Origin: Devosia sp.
Lineage (GTDB): Bacteria; Pseudomonadota; Alphaproteobacteria; Rhizobiales; Devosiaceae
Assembly: GCA_049647065.1 (NCBI GenBank)
Contig: JBARWY010000108.1
Location: 495-64,494, forward strand
DNA: 64,000 nt
Reading direction: 5' to 3'
Position numbers and translations under genes: made by a program. The notes under the pieces were generated by a model that was given only the letters and a program-made list of their open reading frames with translations, searched no databases and was not told the origin of the DNA. Each line of letters begins with the position of its first letter. Positions within the stretch are counted from its first letter, which is position 1. Shown one piece after another: positions 39,032 through 49,219 of the stretch.

Positions 39032-40480
39032 TCACTCAACCCCGCCATCGCCATGTCCGCCATGCTTTTTCTTGCCGAGCGGACGCGGTTCGTGGGCCGC
39101 ACCAGTCAGGTCGGTCTTCCAGCGGGCGGCCTGGATCAGCACGTTGGACGGGGCGGTGCCGCCATAGGACTGGCGGGCAGCGACGGAGGCTTCCACTGTC
39201 AACACCTTGTGGATGCGGCTATCGATGCGCTGGTCGATGAACTTGAAGTCCTCGATGGTCAGGCCTTCCAGCCCACAATTCTTCTGCTCGGCGAGGGCGA
39301 CGATCTGCCCGGTAATGTGATGGGCGTCACGGAAAGGAATGTTGATCTCGCGCACCAGCCAGTCGGCAATGTCGGTAGCCGTCGAGAAGCCCGCCGCAGC
39401 CGAGACGCGCATGCGCTCGCGGTTGGGCGTCATGTCGGCGACCATGCCGGTCATGGCGGCCAGCGACAGGGAGAGCGCATCAAGCGCGTCGAATGCGACT
39501 TCCTTGTCTTCCTGCATGTCCTTGGAATAGGCGAGGGGCAGGCCCTTCATGACGACGATGAGGCTCGTGAGCGCGCCGAGGATGCGGCCGATCTTGGCAC
39601 GGACCAGTTCGGCAGCGTCGGGATTGCGCTTCTGCGGCATGATCGAGGAGCCAGTGGTGAACTTGTCACTGAGGCGCACAAAGCCGAACTGTGCGCTGCT
39701 CCAGATCACCATTTCCTCGGCGAAGCGCGACAGGTGCATGGCGCAGATGGAAGCGGCAGCCAGCGTTTCGAGGATGAAATCGCGGTCGGAGACGGCGTCG
39801 AGTGAATTGGCGGTGGGCCGGTCGAAACCCAGCTTTTCGGCGGTCATGTACCGGTCGATGGGGTATGGCGTGCCGGCAAGCGCCGCTGAGCCGAGTGGGG
39901 ATTCATTGAGCCGCTTCCTGGCGTCCAGCAGGCGACCCGCGTCGCGGCCGAGCATTTCCACATAGGCGAGCAGGTGGTGGCCGAAGGTCACGGGCTGGGC
40001 GCTTTGCAGGTGGGTGAAACCGGGCATGATGGTTTCAGCTTCGTCCTCGGCCTTGGTCACCAGCGCCAGCTGCAGGGTATTCACCTGCGCCACCAGCGTA
40101 TCGATGGTGTCGCGGACATAGAGCTTGAAGTCGGTCGCCACCTGGTCGTTGCGTGAGCGAGCGGTGTGCAGCCTGCCGGCAGCATCGCCGATCTTTTCCC
40201 GCAGCCTCGATTCAACATTCATGTGAATGTCTTCCAGCGCCCGCGAGAACGTGAAACTGCCGCCCTCGATTTCGGCCAGCACCTCGTTTAGACCCGCTAC
40301 GATGCTGTCGCGGTCCTCATGCGTCAGAATGCCCGTCTCGGCGAGCATTGTGGCATGGGCGATCGATCCGGCAATATCCTGGCGGAACAGGCGCTGGTCG
40401 AATCCGATCGAGGCGTTGATTTCTTCCATGATGGCGTCGGGGCCGGTTGCGAACCGGCCGCCCCACATCTTGTTGCTCAT
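39032..40480 (-). CDS. argH: argininosuccinate lyase
   Basis: [33 protein letters not shown]. Confidence 0.97.
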   Translation of the reverse strand: MSNKMWGGRFATGPDAIMEEINASIGFDQRLFRQDIAGSIAHATMLAETGILTHEDRDSIVAGLNEVLAEIEGGSFTFSRALEDIHMNVESRLREKIGDAAGRLHTARSRNDQVATDFKLYVRDTIDTLVAQVNTLQLALVTKAEDEAETIMPGFTHLQSAQPVTFGHHLLAYVEMLGRDAGRLLDARKRLNESPLGSAALAGTPYPIDRYMTAEKLGFDRPTANSLDAVSDRDFILETLAAASICAMHLSRFAEEMVIWSSAQFGFVRLSDKFTTGSSIMPQKRNPDAAELVRAKIGRILGALTSLIVVMKGLPLAYSKDMQEDKEVAFDALDALSLSLAAMTGMVADMTPNRERMRVSAAAGFSTATDIADWLVREINIPFRDAHHITGQIVALAEQKNCGLEGLTIEDFKFIDQRIDSRIHKVLTVEASVAARQSYGGTAPSNVLIQAARWKTDLTGAAHEPRPLGKKKHGGHGDGGVE

Positions 40481-40500
40481 CGACTACCTCGGAGATTGCT

Positions 40501-41163
40501 ATGACCGACACGCACACGCCTCGCCGGGGAGCAACGAGCCGGGTGCGGCTGTGGGTCATCCTGGGCTTGGCGGGATTGGCCGTAGCTATAGCGGCGTGGG
40601 TCTGGCTCGGCAATGCCGGCCAGGCAAAGGAATGTCCGGTCCAGGCCGAGGAAGCAGCGGCCATCGGCGATGCAGCGCGCGGGGAACTGGCAGCGCTCAA
40701 TGGCACGGGTGAGGGGCGCGGCTATGCTACCATGGCGTTCAAGGACTCTGCCGGCACGGAGATGACCATTGCCGATTTCAAGGGCAAGGCGCTGCTAGTC
40801 AACTTCTGGGCCAGCTGGTGTGTTCCCTGCCGCGAGGAAATGCCCGCGCTCGATGCGCTGGCGACGAAATACAATTCCGATGCCTTCATGGTTCTGCCGG
40901 TCAATCTCGACATCGGGGCAGGCGGGCTCGAAAAGGCGCAGGCGTTTCTCGACGAGAACAGCTTTGCCAACCTGCCGCTCTATGCCGACAATACTTTCGC
41001 GGCGTTCGAACGACTCAAGCAGCAGGCAGTGGCGATCGGGCTGCCGGCGACTCTGGTGCTGGATGAGAATGGCTGCGAGCTGGCGGTGCTACAGGGCCCG
41101 GCGCATTGGGACACACCTGATGGCGAGGCGGTGATCGAAGCGCTGATCGGCCTGGGGATATAG
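40501..41163 (+). CDS. tlpA: TlpA-family thiol:disulfide oxidoreductase
   Basis: N-terminal TM, NFWASWCVPCREEMP, GLPAT. Confidence 0.9.
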   Translation: MTDTHTPRRGATSRVRLWVILGLAGLAVAIAAWVWLGNAGQAKECPVQAEEAAAIGDAARGELAALNGTGEGRGYATMAFKDSAGTEMTIADFKGKALLVNFWASWCVPCREEMPALDALATKYNSDAFMVLPVNLDIGAGGLEKAQAFLDENSFANLPLYADNTFAAFERLKQQAVAIGLPATLVLDENGCELAVLQGPAHWDTPDGEAVIEALIGLGI

Positions 41164-41183
41164 GCCCGAAGCGGCGGCGGCTG

Positions 41184-41405
41184 CTAGATCAGTCGATCCA
41201 CCACGGCGCCTGAATCGACGACGGGAGCTTCGGCCTCGCCCGTGGGAATGGCTTCGGCGGCCCGGGCCGCGGCGGCTTCGACGGCCTGTTCAAGGTTCAT
41301 GCGCAATTCGGCGACCTTGGCGAGCTGGGCCTCACCTGTTGTGCCGCTGCGGTCGACGAGACGGTTGATCATCACCGCCGGACCGATGCCGAGAGCGTTG
41401 CTCAT
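41184..41405 (-). CDS. small hypothetical protein (73 aa), C-terminus resembles its upstream neighbour
   Basis: AAGGAG RBS then ATG. Ends GAVVDRLI. Confidence 0.7.
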   Translation of the reverse strand: MSNALGIGPAVMINRLVDRSGTTGEAQLAKVAELRMNLEQAVEAAAARAAEAIPTGEAEAPVVDSGAVVDRLI

Positions 41406-41415
41406 CGTCACTCCT

Positions 41416-41598
41416 TCAGGCGAGTTTGTCGATCTTGACGCCCTGCCCGGGGGGCGGTGCCGACAAAGCGGTCTGCATCAGGGTTTCGAGCAGATCGGTC
41501 TGCATCTCATGGGCTTTTTTGAACACGGCGATCTGTACGCTGCTCTGCAGCTTCATCGAGTTCATCTGCATCATCTGCATCGAGAGGTCGGTGTTCAC
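41416..41598 (-). CDS. YjfB-like putative motility protein (60 aa)
   Basis: AGGAGG then GTG. VQIAVFKKAHEMQ...GQGVKIDKLA pattern. Confidence 0.75.
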   Translation of the reverse strand: MNTDLSMQMMQMNSMKLQSSVQIAVFKKAHEMQTDLLETLMQTALSAPPPGQGVKIDKLA

Positions 41599-41706
41599 GC
41601 TGGACCTCCTTTGCTGACAGTCCACCAGCGACCTTAGGGCGTGGGTGTAAACAAAACCTTGGGCAATCGTGGCAATTTGGTGAAACTTTGCGTCGATGTC
41701 ACCGGC

Positions 41707-41721
41707 TTAACCATCCGTTAA
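41707..41721. promoter_or_regulatory. consensus CtrA box
   Basis: TTAA CCATCCG TTAA. Confidence 0.8.
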
Positions 41722-41821
41722 GGGCACCAGCGGAGTTCGGCGCCGGGATCGGCCAAGTTCATGTCTCGCTTACGTTTTTGCGCCCAGATGGGGACATCAA
41801 CGACCGGGGGGCCGGGCGGTC

Positions 41822-42958
41822 ATGCTGCTTCAAGAACTGTTTCTCGCACTGATACATAGCATCAGCCTGCTGGCGCTGATGGCGATCGCCTTTGGCGTGG
41901 TGGAACGACAGCTGTGGCCCCGTGCGTTGCGTTCCGTGGCGCATGGCCTCGTCTTCGGCTGTGGGGCGGTGCTGGCAATGATGGCGCCAACCCATATCGG
42001 GGCCGGGGTTATCGTGGATTCGCGGGCATTGATCATCGGCTTCGCGGCGGCCTTTGGCGGCTGGCCCGCGGCGCTTGTGGCCGTAGTGATTAGCGGATGC
42101 TATCGGCTGTGGCTGGGTGGTGCGGGGGCAATTCCGGGGGCCGCGGGTATCGTCGTAGCGGCCCTGCTGGGGCTGGGCTGGCGCTATGGGCTTCGCCCGA
42201 AGACGCGGATCAAGGCACGGCATCTCGTCGCGCTGGGCCTGGTGGTCTCCTGCTATCTCTTCACCGCTGTCGCCATGGGCTATGCGTCCCCGGCCTCCCT
42301 GTTAGGGCTCATCGGGCCCTATATGGTCACCACTTCGGTCGTCGCCTCGGTGCTGCTGGGGCTGTTCGTTGATCGCGAACTCAACCAGATCGCGCGCGAG
42401 GAGCACTGGAAGACGCGCGCCATGACCGACCCGCTTACGGCTTTGCCCAATCGCCGTGCCTTCGAGCGGGGCATTGCAGGGCTGCGGCCGTACGACCGGT
42501 CAGCGGCGCTGCTGCTCATCGATCTAGACCACTTCAAACAGGTCAATGACACGCATGGCCACGCAGCCGGCGACTATGTGCTGCAGCAGGTATCGATGAT
42601 CCTGCGCGCCAATATGCGCAATCGCGACCTGCTGTCGCGGCTGGGCGGTGAGGAACTGGCGGTGCTGGTGCCGGACGCCGATACGACAGAGGCACAGGCG
42701 ATCGCCGAGCGGCTGCGCCGCGCCATCGAGACGCTGGACATTCACTGGGAAGGCCAGACGATCGCCATTACCGCCAGCGTCGGCGTCGCTGTGGCTCTGG
42801 GCACCACGCCCAGCAACGAACTGTTCGTGCAGGCCGACGCGGCGCTCTACGCGGCCAAGCGCGGCGGGCGCAATCGTGTGGTGTTTTCGGGGGAGATGCT
42901 GCTGCAGCTGGGGCCGGAACTCAGCGTCCGCCCAGCAGTGCCACCTCGCGCCGCTTGA
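41822..42958 (+). CDS. diguanylate cyclase with 5TMR-LYT sensor domain
   Basis: GVIVDSR..FGG LytS-like TMs, TDPLT, DLDHFKQVND, RNRD I-site, RLGGEEL. Confidence 0.92.
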   Translation: MLLQELFLALIHSISLLALMAIAFGVVERQLWPRALRSVAHGLVFGCGAVLAMMAPTHIGAGVIVDSRALIIGFAAAFGGWPAALVAVVISGCYRLWLGGAGAIPGAAGIVVAALLGLGWRYGLRPKTRIKARHLVALGLVVSCYLFTAVAMGYASPASLLGLIGPYMVTTSVVASVLLGLFVDRELNQIAREEHWKTRAMTDPLTALPNRRAFERGIAGLRPYDRSAALLLIDLDHFKQVNDTHGHAAGDYVLQQVSMILRANMRNRDLLSRLGGEELAVLVPDADTTEAQAIAERLRRAIETLDIHWEGQTIAITASVGVAVALGTTPSNELFVQADAALYAAKRGGRNRVVFSGEMLLQLGPELSVRPAVPPRAA

Positions 42959-43604
42959 AACTGGCCGCCAGCAGGATGCCGGCGGCAAAGCCGCCAAGAT
43001 GAGCCCACCAGGCCACCGGCTCTTCGGAACCCACCACCACATAGAACAATTGCGTCGCCACCCAGAAGCCGAGCATCCAGAAGGCCGGAACGGGCAGCGG
43101 AATGGGGATGACCAGCCTGGCCAGGACGAAGACGCGGGCATGGGGATAGAGCAGGATATAGGCTCCCATCACCCCGGCAACCGCGCCTGAAGCGCCGATC
43201 AGCGGGCCATTGTCGCTGAGGTTGAAGGCCAGATGCGCCAGCGCGGCGCAGACGCCGCAAGCGAGATAGAACAGCAGGTACTTCACGTGCCCCATGGCGT
43301 CCTCGATGTTGTCACCGAACACCCAGAGGAACAGCATGTTGCTCAGCAGATGCAGCCAGTCGGCATGGAGGAAGGCATAGGTCAGCAGCGTCGCCCAATC
43401 GGGCAGCCATGGCACGGGCTGGGGATAGAGGTTCCGCACCACGATGGGGATCATGCCGAAATCGATGGTGGCCTGATCGAAAGCGGCTTGCGGCAGCACC
43501 GCCTGCACCAGGAAGCAGAGCGTGCTGAGGCCGATCAGCCCATAGTTGACGTAGGGAAAGCGGATATGGCGGATGCGGTTGGTGTCATGCAGCGGCAGGA
43601 ACAT
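42921..43604 (-). CDS. rhomboid intramembrane serine protease
   Basis: FLHADWLHLLSNM, GASGA, AHLGGF. Confidence 0.93.
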   Translation of the reverse strand: MFLPLHDTNRIRHIRFPYVNYGLIGLSTLCFLVQAVLPQAAFDQATIDFGMIPIVVRNLYPQPVPWLPDWATLLTYAFLHADWLHLLSNMLFLWVFGDNIEDAMGHVKYLLFYLACGVCAALAHLAFNLSDNGPLIGASGAVAGVMGAYILLYPHARVFVLARLVIPIPLPVPAFWMLGFWVATQLFYVVVGSEEPVAWWAHLGGFAAGILLAASFKRREVALLGGR

Positions 43605-44200
43605 CAGCCGCCCTTCTTGAGATCGCCGTGGCTGCCGGGAATCCAGAGCACGTCCTTGACGCCGTTGTTGTTGGCGACGCGCGCCAGCACGAACAGCAGG
43701 TCCGAAAGACGGTTGAGGTAGCGCACGGCTTCTGGACTGGTGTCGGGTTCGGCGGTGGCCAGTTCGACGGTAATGCGCTCGGCGCGGCGGGCCACGGTGC
43801 GCGCGACATGGAGGGCCGCAGCCAGCGGGGAGCCGCCGGGGAGGATGAAGCTCTTCAGCGGCTCAAGATCGGCATTGTAGTGGTCGATCTGCTTTTCGAG
43901 GAATTCGGTCTGCACCGGGCGAATGCGCAAAGTGGGATATTCGGCGGCGGCATCGTCGGCGCCCGGCGTCGCCAGGTCCGAGCCGACATCGAAGAGGTCG
44001 TTCTGGATGCGGCCCAGCAGCATGTCGATCTTGGGCATGGATGTGGTGTGAATGCGGGCCACGCCGATGCTGGCATTGGCCTCGTCCACTGTGCCGTAGG
44101 CTTCGACGCGAAGATCGTATTTCGGCCGCCGCGGGCCGCGGACGAGGCCCGTCGTGCCGTCATCGCCGGTCTTGGTATAGATGCGGTTGAGCTTGACCAT
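43604..44200 (-). CDS. PduO-type cob(I)alamin adenosyltransferase
   Basis: IYTKTGDDGTT, YGTVDEAN, FILPGG, RRAER, YLNRLSD. Confidence 0.95.
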   Translation of the reverse strand: MVKLNRIYTKTGDDGTTGLVRGPRRPKYDLRVEAYGTVDEANASIGVARIHTTSMPKIDMLLGRIQNDLFDVGSDLATPGADDAAAEYPTLRIRPVQTEFLEKQIDHYNADLEPLKSFILPGGSPLAAALHVARTVARRAERITVELATAEPDTSPEAVRYLNRLSDLLFVLARVANNNGVKDVLWIPGSHGDLKKGG

Positions 44201-44205
44201 GCGCC

Positions 44206-44406
44206 TTAGCCGCCACGCCCGCCGAAGAAGAACAGGGCCCCCATCAGCAGGATGAGCGCAATGGCCTGGCCGATGACTCGCAGGCGCATCAGGCGCTGGC
44301 TGGTATTGCCCGGCCCGCCCTTGAGCATGTTCCACAGGCCCATGCCGAGCACGATGACGACGAACAGGAGAGCGAGGGCGATGGCGATATTGAGAGCGGT
44401 CTGCAT
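44206..44406 (-). CDS. HIG1/twin transmembrane helix small protein
   Basis: Two TMs flanking SQRLMRLRV..Q. Confidence 0.88.
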   Translation of the reverse strand: MQTALNIAIALALLFVVIVLGMGLWNMLKGGPGNTSQRLMRLRVIGQAIALILLMGALFFFGGRGG

Positions 44407-44412
44407 GAAATC

Positions 44413-45321
44413 CTACCGAACGGGATGCTGGCCATTGATATAGGCATCCAGACCCTCGGCCAACGCGTCATAGATGGCACGAATCCGGTGGGACGTGAAC
44501 AATTCCCTGTGTGTGGTGAGCCACACTTCGAGCGGCGGAATGGCGAGGTCCAGCGGCAGGGCCACCATCCCCGGCGTACTGTGGACCAGGCTGGCTTGGG
44601 CAAAACCGATGCCGAGGCCTGCCTTGAGCAACTCCCACATATGGGTCTGATCGTCCGAGCGCAGCACGAAATTGTCGCGAGACAGCGGCGGTAGGCCGAC
44701 GCGGCGTGCATGGGCGATGATGAGGTCGGAGCGGTCGAGGCCGATCATATCGTGACTGAACAGTTCCGGGATGGTGACGGGGGTGCCGCGGCGCGCGAGA
44801 TAATCCGCATGCGCCGTAGCGATGATCGGCAGTTCGCCCAGCCGCCTGGTCACCAGTTCGAGCTGGGTCGGGCGGAACATGCGGATGGCAATGTCGGCCT
44901 CTCGCAGCAGCAGGTTCTCGGCCGAATCGGAAGGCACGGTTTCGATGGCGATGCGGGGATAGCGCTGGCGGATCGGCAGCAGCATGGCCGGCAGCACATA
45001 GTTGGAGATCACGACGCTGGCCGTGATGCGCACCGTGCCGCCGAAATCGTCCTGCGCGCCCTCGGCCATGATCGCCGCTTCGGCCAGCGACGCCTGGGCA
45101 TGGGCCACGGGTTCGTAGATGCGCAGAGCTGCGGTATTAGGCTTCAGGCCGGTGAGGCTGCGCTCGAACAGCACGAGGCCGAGATCGGCTTCCAGCGTTT
45201 CGATGTGGCGACCGACCGTGGGCTGGCTGATACCCAGATCGCGCGCCGCGGCCGAGAGTGAGCCATTGGCGACGACTGCCGAAAAGCTGCGCCACAGTGC
45301 CCAGTCGGGCTCCCTATTCAT
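44413..45321 (-). CDS. LysR family transcriptional regulator
   Basis: GSLSAAARDLGISQPTVGRHIETLE, LFER, READIAIR. Confidence 0.93.
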   Translation of the reverse strand: MNREPDWALWRSFSAVVANGSLSAAARDLGISQPTVGRHIETLEADLGLVLFERSLTGLKPNTAALRIYEPVAHAQASLAEAAIMAEGAQDDFGGTVRITASVVISNYVLPAMLLPIRQRYPRIAIETVPSDSAENLLLREADIAIRMFRPTQLELVTRRLGELPIIATAHADYLARRGTPVTIPELFSHDMIGLDRSDLIIAHARRVGLPPLSRDNFVLRSDDQTHMWELLKAGLGIGFAQASLVHSTPGMVALPLDLAIPPLEVWLTTHRELFTSHRIRAIYDALAEGLDAYINGQHPVR

Positions 45322-45330
45322 GTTTGAATA
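45315..45330. promoter_or_regulatory. candidate LysR operator
   Basis: Perfect inverted repeat TATTCA-TGTT-TGAATA over the lysR start, upstream of the divergent gene. Confidence 0.55.
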
Positions 45331-45406
45331 CCCAATGCAGAATTTCAGCCAATGTCGCGACGATAATGAATGAGCGATGCTACGTCCATCAGCAAAGGAG
45401 ATTGCG

Positions 45407-46354
45407 ATGAGCAAGGGTAGTGTCACGGTTCTGGGCATTAACGGCCATATCGGGCATCATGCGGCGCGGGCGTTCCGGCAGGCCGGATTTGACGTGGCTG
45501 GCTTCGGACGTTCCAATCGGCATCCACTCGCTGGGGTGGCTTTCATCAAGGGCGACGCGGCCAGTCTTGATGATCTCAAGGCAGCCATCGCCGGCGCCGA
45601 TATTGTCGTCAATGCGCTCAACCTGCCCTATGACAAATGGGACAAGGGCCGCGCCGAGGCGCAACTCGCCATGGTCATCGCGGCGATGGGCGACAGCGGC
45701 AAGACGTTGATGTTTCCCGGCAATATCTACAATTATGCCGCGAGCGATCGCCGTATGGCACCATCGACACCACAGCGACCGCAGACGCCGCGCGGCGCCA
45801 TCCGGGTGCGGCAGGAGGAAATGCTGGCGGCGGGGTCGAAGGCCGGGAAGTTCCAGACAATCATCGTGCGGGCCGGCGATTTCTATGCGCCTGACAATGT
45901 TGGCGACTGGTTCGACCAGGCCATGATGATGGAGGCGAGGAAGGGCAAGATCTACCATATGGCCGATCTCAAGATCGGCCACGCCTGGGCCTACCTGCCC
46001 GATCTCGGTCGCGCCTTCGCCGTGCTGGGCGAGAAGCGAGGCGAGTTCGGTGCCTTCGAGACTTTCCACTTTGCCGGGCACTACGTGACGCATGGCGCGC
46101 TGATGGATGCCATCGTCAAGGCATCGCCGGTGCCGCTTAAGGTAGCGCCGCTGCCCTGGATCATTCTCCAGGCCATGGGGCTGGCCAATGGGGTGATGCG
46201 CGAGGTGGTCAAGATGCGTTACCTGTGGAACAACCCGATGGAACTGGTCGATCCGCGCCTCGACGTCATTCTCGGCGCGGACTTCGGCACGCCGTTCGAA
46301 GAGGCCGTGGCGGCGACGGTGAAGCCGTTTCTCGAGCGCAAGGCTGCGGCCTAG
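45407..46354 (+). CDS. NAD-dependent epimerase/dehydratase family protein
   Basis: LGINGHIG, FPGNIYNY, RAGDFY, HAWAYLPDLGR. AAGGAG RBS. Confidence 0.88.
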   Translation: MSKGSVTVLGINGHIGHHAARAFRQAGFDVAGFGRSNRHPLAGVAFIKGDAASLDDLKAAIAGADIVVNALNLPYDKWDKGRAEAQLAMVIAAMGDSGKTLMFPGNIYNYAASDRRMAPSTPQRPQTPRGAIRVRQEEMLAAGSKAGKFQTIIVRAGDFYAPDNVGDWFDQAMMMEARKGKIYHMADLKIGHAWAYLPDLGRAFAVLGEKRGEFGAFETFHFAGHYVTHGALMDAIVKASPVPLKVAPLPWIILQAMGLANGVMREVVKMRYLWNNPMELVDPRLDVILGADFGTPFEEAVAATVKPFLERKAAA

Positions 46355-47211
46355 GCGAGGCCCACGGCGCGTCTGACATCGTGGGGCGTCCAGCCCCTGG
46401 CCCGCAGGCCGGACAGGCTTTCGGAGCCCTTCGACTTGGCCAGTTTTTGGCCCTCGTCGTCCAAAATCAGACGATGGAAATTGTAGATGGGCGAGGGCAG
46501 GCCAAGCAGCATCTGCAACAGTACGTGGATATCGGTCGCGGCTTCCATGTCGCGGCCGCGCGTCACATGCGTCACGCCCTGCGCTGCGTCGTCGACGACG
46601 ACGCTGAGGTGGTAGCTTGAGGGCACGCCCTTGCGCTGCAGCACCACGTCGCCCCAGCGTTCGGGCCGCGCATGGCGAATCTGGGGGCGGTCGGTCACCA
46701 GCGGGCCGACCACGGAAAAGGTCAGCATGCCTGTTCGATCCATGGCCTTACCGGTATCGAGCCGGAACTGTACCGGATCGCCGCGCTCCAACCGCGCGAT
46801 CTGCTCGCCACGGTCGAGGTGCCGGCAGGTGCCCGGATAGAGCGGCGCGCCATCGGGGTCGGTGCCAACAGCGGCAGCGGCGATTTCGCTGCGCGAGCAG
46901 AAGCAGGGATAGAGGAGGCGCTGGTCGCGCAAGTGGTTGCCCGCACTGGCATAGGCGTCCATACGCTGGGACTGCTGCATGACCGGTTCGGGCCAGTCGA
47001 GGCCCAGCCAGCGCAAATCCTCGAAGATCGCGGCGGTGAATTCGGGTTTACTGCGCTCGGTGTCGATGTCTTCGATCCGCAGCAGGGCGATGCCATCAAG
47101 CAAGGTAGCGGCGTTCCAGGTATAGAGCGCCGAATAGGCATGGCCGAGATGCAGCAGCCCGTTGGGGCTGGGCGCGAAGCGAAGGACGGGTTTTGATGGT
47201 TTGTTCGGCAC
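46351..47211 (-). CDS. gluQ: glutamyl-Q tRNA(Asp) synthetase
   Basis: RFAPSPNG.LHLGH, RIEDID, YPCFCSR, YPGTC, KLAKS. No anticodon domain. Confidence 0.93.
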   Translation of the reverse strand: MPNKPSKPVLRFAPSPNGLLHLGHAYSALYTWNAATLLDGIALLRIEDIDTERSKPEFTAAIFEDLRWLGLDWPEPVMQQSQRMDAYASAGNHLRDQRLLYPCFCSRSEIAAAAVGTDPDGAPLYPGTCRHLDRGEQIARLERGDPVQFRLDTGKAMDRTGMLTFSVVGPLVTDRPQIRHARPERWGDVVLQRKGVPSSYHLSVVVDDAAQGVTHVTRGRDMEAATDIHVLLQMLLGLPSPIYNFHRLILDDEGQKLAKSKGSESLSGLRARGWTPHDVRRAVGLA

Positions 47212-47224
47212 AGGGGATTTCTAC

Positions 47225-47884
47225 ATGAGCGCGTTGCCGCCGTCACCGCGTCTGGATAGCGCCGAAGCGGTGGCCGCTCATATCGAGGCACTGGCCGCCA
47301 TCGACCCGCGCCTTGTCGCAGTGCGCGAGTTTGCCGGGCCGGTGCAGCCACGCATCACCCAGCCGGGCTTTGCCGGCATCGCCAAGGTGATTACCGGCCA
47401 GCAGGTGTCGGTCGCCAGCGCTAGTGCCATCTGGGGCCGATTTGAACAGTTGCCCGGCGCACTCGATCCGGTGACCTATCTCTCGCTGACCGAAGAACAG
47501 GTCCGGGCGGCCGGTTTTTCCGGCAGCAAGTTCCGCACCGTGCGAGCCATTGCCGAAGCCATGGTGGCCGGCGAACTGGATTTCGACCATCTCGAAACCC
47601 TGCCGGCGGAGGAGGCGGTGCGCTATCTTGTCGCCCATAAGGGCATCGGGCCATGGACGGCCGAGGTCTACCTCATGTTCTGCGCGGGCCATCCGGACGT
47701 GTTTCCAGCCGGCGACCTGGCGCTGCTCAAGGCAGTGCATCACGGGCTCGGGCTTGACGCTCGTCCCACCATCAAGGACATGATCGGCATCGCCGCCGGC
47801 TGGACGCCGCATCGTTCCGCCGCGGCTTTGTTGTTCTGGCGCTATTTCGCGGTCATGCGCGACCGGGAAGGAATTCTTCTGTGA
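47225..47884 (+). CDS. alkA: DNA-3-methyladenine glycosylase II (HhH-GPD)
   Basis: GQQVSVASA, KGIGPWTAE, FPAGDLAL, W.PHRS. Confidence 0.9.
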   Translation: MSALPPSPRLDSAEAVAAHIEALAAIDPRLVAVREFAGPVQPRITQPGFAGIAKVITGQQVSVASASAIWGRFEQLPGALDPVTYLSLTEEQVRAAGFSGSKFRTVRAIAEAMVAGELDFDHLETLPAEEAVRYLVAHKGIGPWTAEVYLMFCAGHPDVFPAGDLALLKAVHHGLGLDARPTIKDMIGIAAGWTPHRSAAALLFWRYFAVMRDREGILL

Positions 47885-48540
47885 CCAAGCTCTCCGGCCC
47901 CATGCTGCCACCCGCGTCCGGCGGCGCCCCGAAACAGGCGGTGGTGCTGCTGCATGGCTATGGCAGCGACGGCAATGACCTGATCGGGCTGGCGCCGCAC
48001 TGGCAGGACGTGTTGCCTGACGCGGTGTTCATCTCGCCCAACGCGCCGCAGCAGTGCCGGCAACTGGCTTCCGGCTTCCAGTGGTTCGATGTGAGTTTTG
48101 ACGGTGACCGGCTCGCCAAGCGCCAGGAGGGCGTTGTCGAGGCAAGGCCAGTGCTGCTCGAATTTCTCGAGGACCTGTGGAGCCAGTCGGGCATCGCGCC
48201 GGAGCAGACAATACTGGCCGGCTTCAGCCAGGGCGCGATGATGGCGCTGCATACGGGGCTGTCACTGCCCAGGCCGCTGATGGGTATCATCGGCTTTTCG
48301 GGCGCCTTCCTGCCGCCGGACGGCTTCGGCACCAAGCCCTATGCCAAGAGCCCGGTCTGCCTCGTGCATGGCGATATGGATGAGGTGGTCGATCCCGAGC
48401 ACAGCGCGGATGCGGACGTCGCCCTGCGGTTGGCCGGCTACGATGTCGCCTATCATGTCAGCGAAGGCGTGGCGCATGGCATCGCCCCGGATGGGCTGGC
48501 TTTCGCTACCGCTTTCATCCAGCGCATCTCAGCAAAATAA
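47881..48540 (+). CDS. phospholipase/carboxylesterase family alpha/beta hydrolase
   Basis: LHGYGSDG, GFSQG, HGDMDEVV, AHGI. Confidence 0.9.
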   Translation: MTKLSGPMLPPASGGAPKQAVVLLHGYGSDGNDLIGLAPHWQDVLPDAVFISPNAPQQCRQLASGFQWFDVSFDGDRLAKRQEGVVEARPVLLEFLEDLWSQSGIAPEQTILAGFSQGAMMALHTGLSLPRPLMGIIGFSGAFLPPDGFGTKPYAKSPVCLVHGDMDEVVDPEHSADADVALRLAGYDVAYHVSEGVAHGIAPDGLAFATAFIQRISAK

Positions 48541-48630
48541 AGCCACCGCTTCCCGCTTCACAGCCCTGACACAAACGGCTTAGTATAAAGGGGCTATGGA
48601 CTTACTCGATTCCCGTTCCGGGAGACTCAA

Positions 48631-49188
48631 GTGACGATCCACGTGTCGCCTGAGGCCTGTCCCGCATTGGTGCTGAACGCCGATTTTCGGCCGCTCAGTT
48701 ACTATCCGCTATCGCTATGGTCATGGCAGGACGCCATCAAGGCGGTGTGCCTGGATCGCGTCAACATCGTGTCGCTCTATGACACGGTCATCCATTCCCC
48801 CAGCTTCGAAATGCGGCTGCCCAGCGTTGTCTCGCTGCGGGATTATGTGAAGCCCGCACGCCATCCTGCCTTCACGCGGTTCAACGTGTTCCTGCGAGAC
48901 CGCTTTCAGTGCCAGTATTGCAGCTCCAAGGAAGACCTGACCTTCGATCACGTCATTCCGCGCTCCAAGGGCGGTCAGACCACCTGGGAAAATGTCGTTG
49001 CCGCCTGCGCGCCGTGCAACCTGCGCAAGGCCAATCGCCTGCCCAGCGAAATCCGCATGTTCCCGCACCAGAAACCGTATCACCCCACGGTGCACGACCT
49101 GCATAATAATGGTCGCGCCTTCCCGCCCAACCACCTGCACCAGAGCTGGCTGGATTATCTCTACTGGGATATCGAGCTGGAGCCTTAG
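48631..49188 (+). CDS. HNH endonuclease (McrA-like)
   Basis: LVLNAD, RD.F.CQYC, TFDHVIPRSKGG...WENVVAAC..CN.RK. Confidence 0.92.
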   Translation: MTIHVSPEACPALVLNADFRPLSYYPLSLWSWQDAIKAVCLDRVNIVSLYDTVIHSPSFEMRLPSVVSLRDYVKPARHPAFTRFNVFLRDRFQCQYCSSKEDLTFDHVIPRSKGGQTTWENVVAACAPCNLRKANRLPSEIRMFPHQKPYHPTVHDLHNNGRAFPPNHLHQSWLDYLYWDIELEP

Positions 49189-49219
49189 GCGGCGAGATCC
49201 TGCAGGCCGCGCCCGACGA

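Noticed and set aside
48631..49188. HNH endonuclease as a defence or mobile-element marker
   Set aside because: Host-like codon usage, with no adjacent DNA methyltransferase, integrase or repeats. It looks like the conserved stand-alone HNH family.
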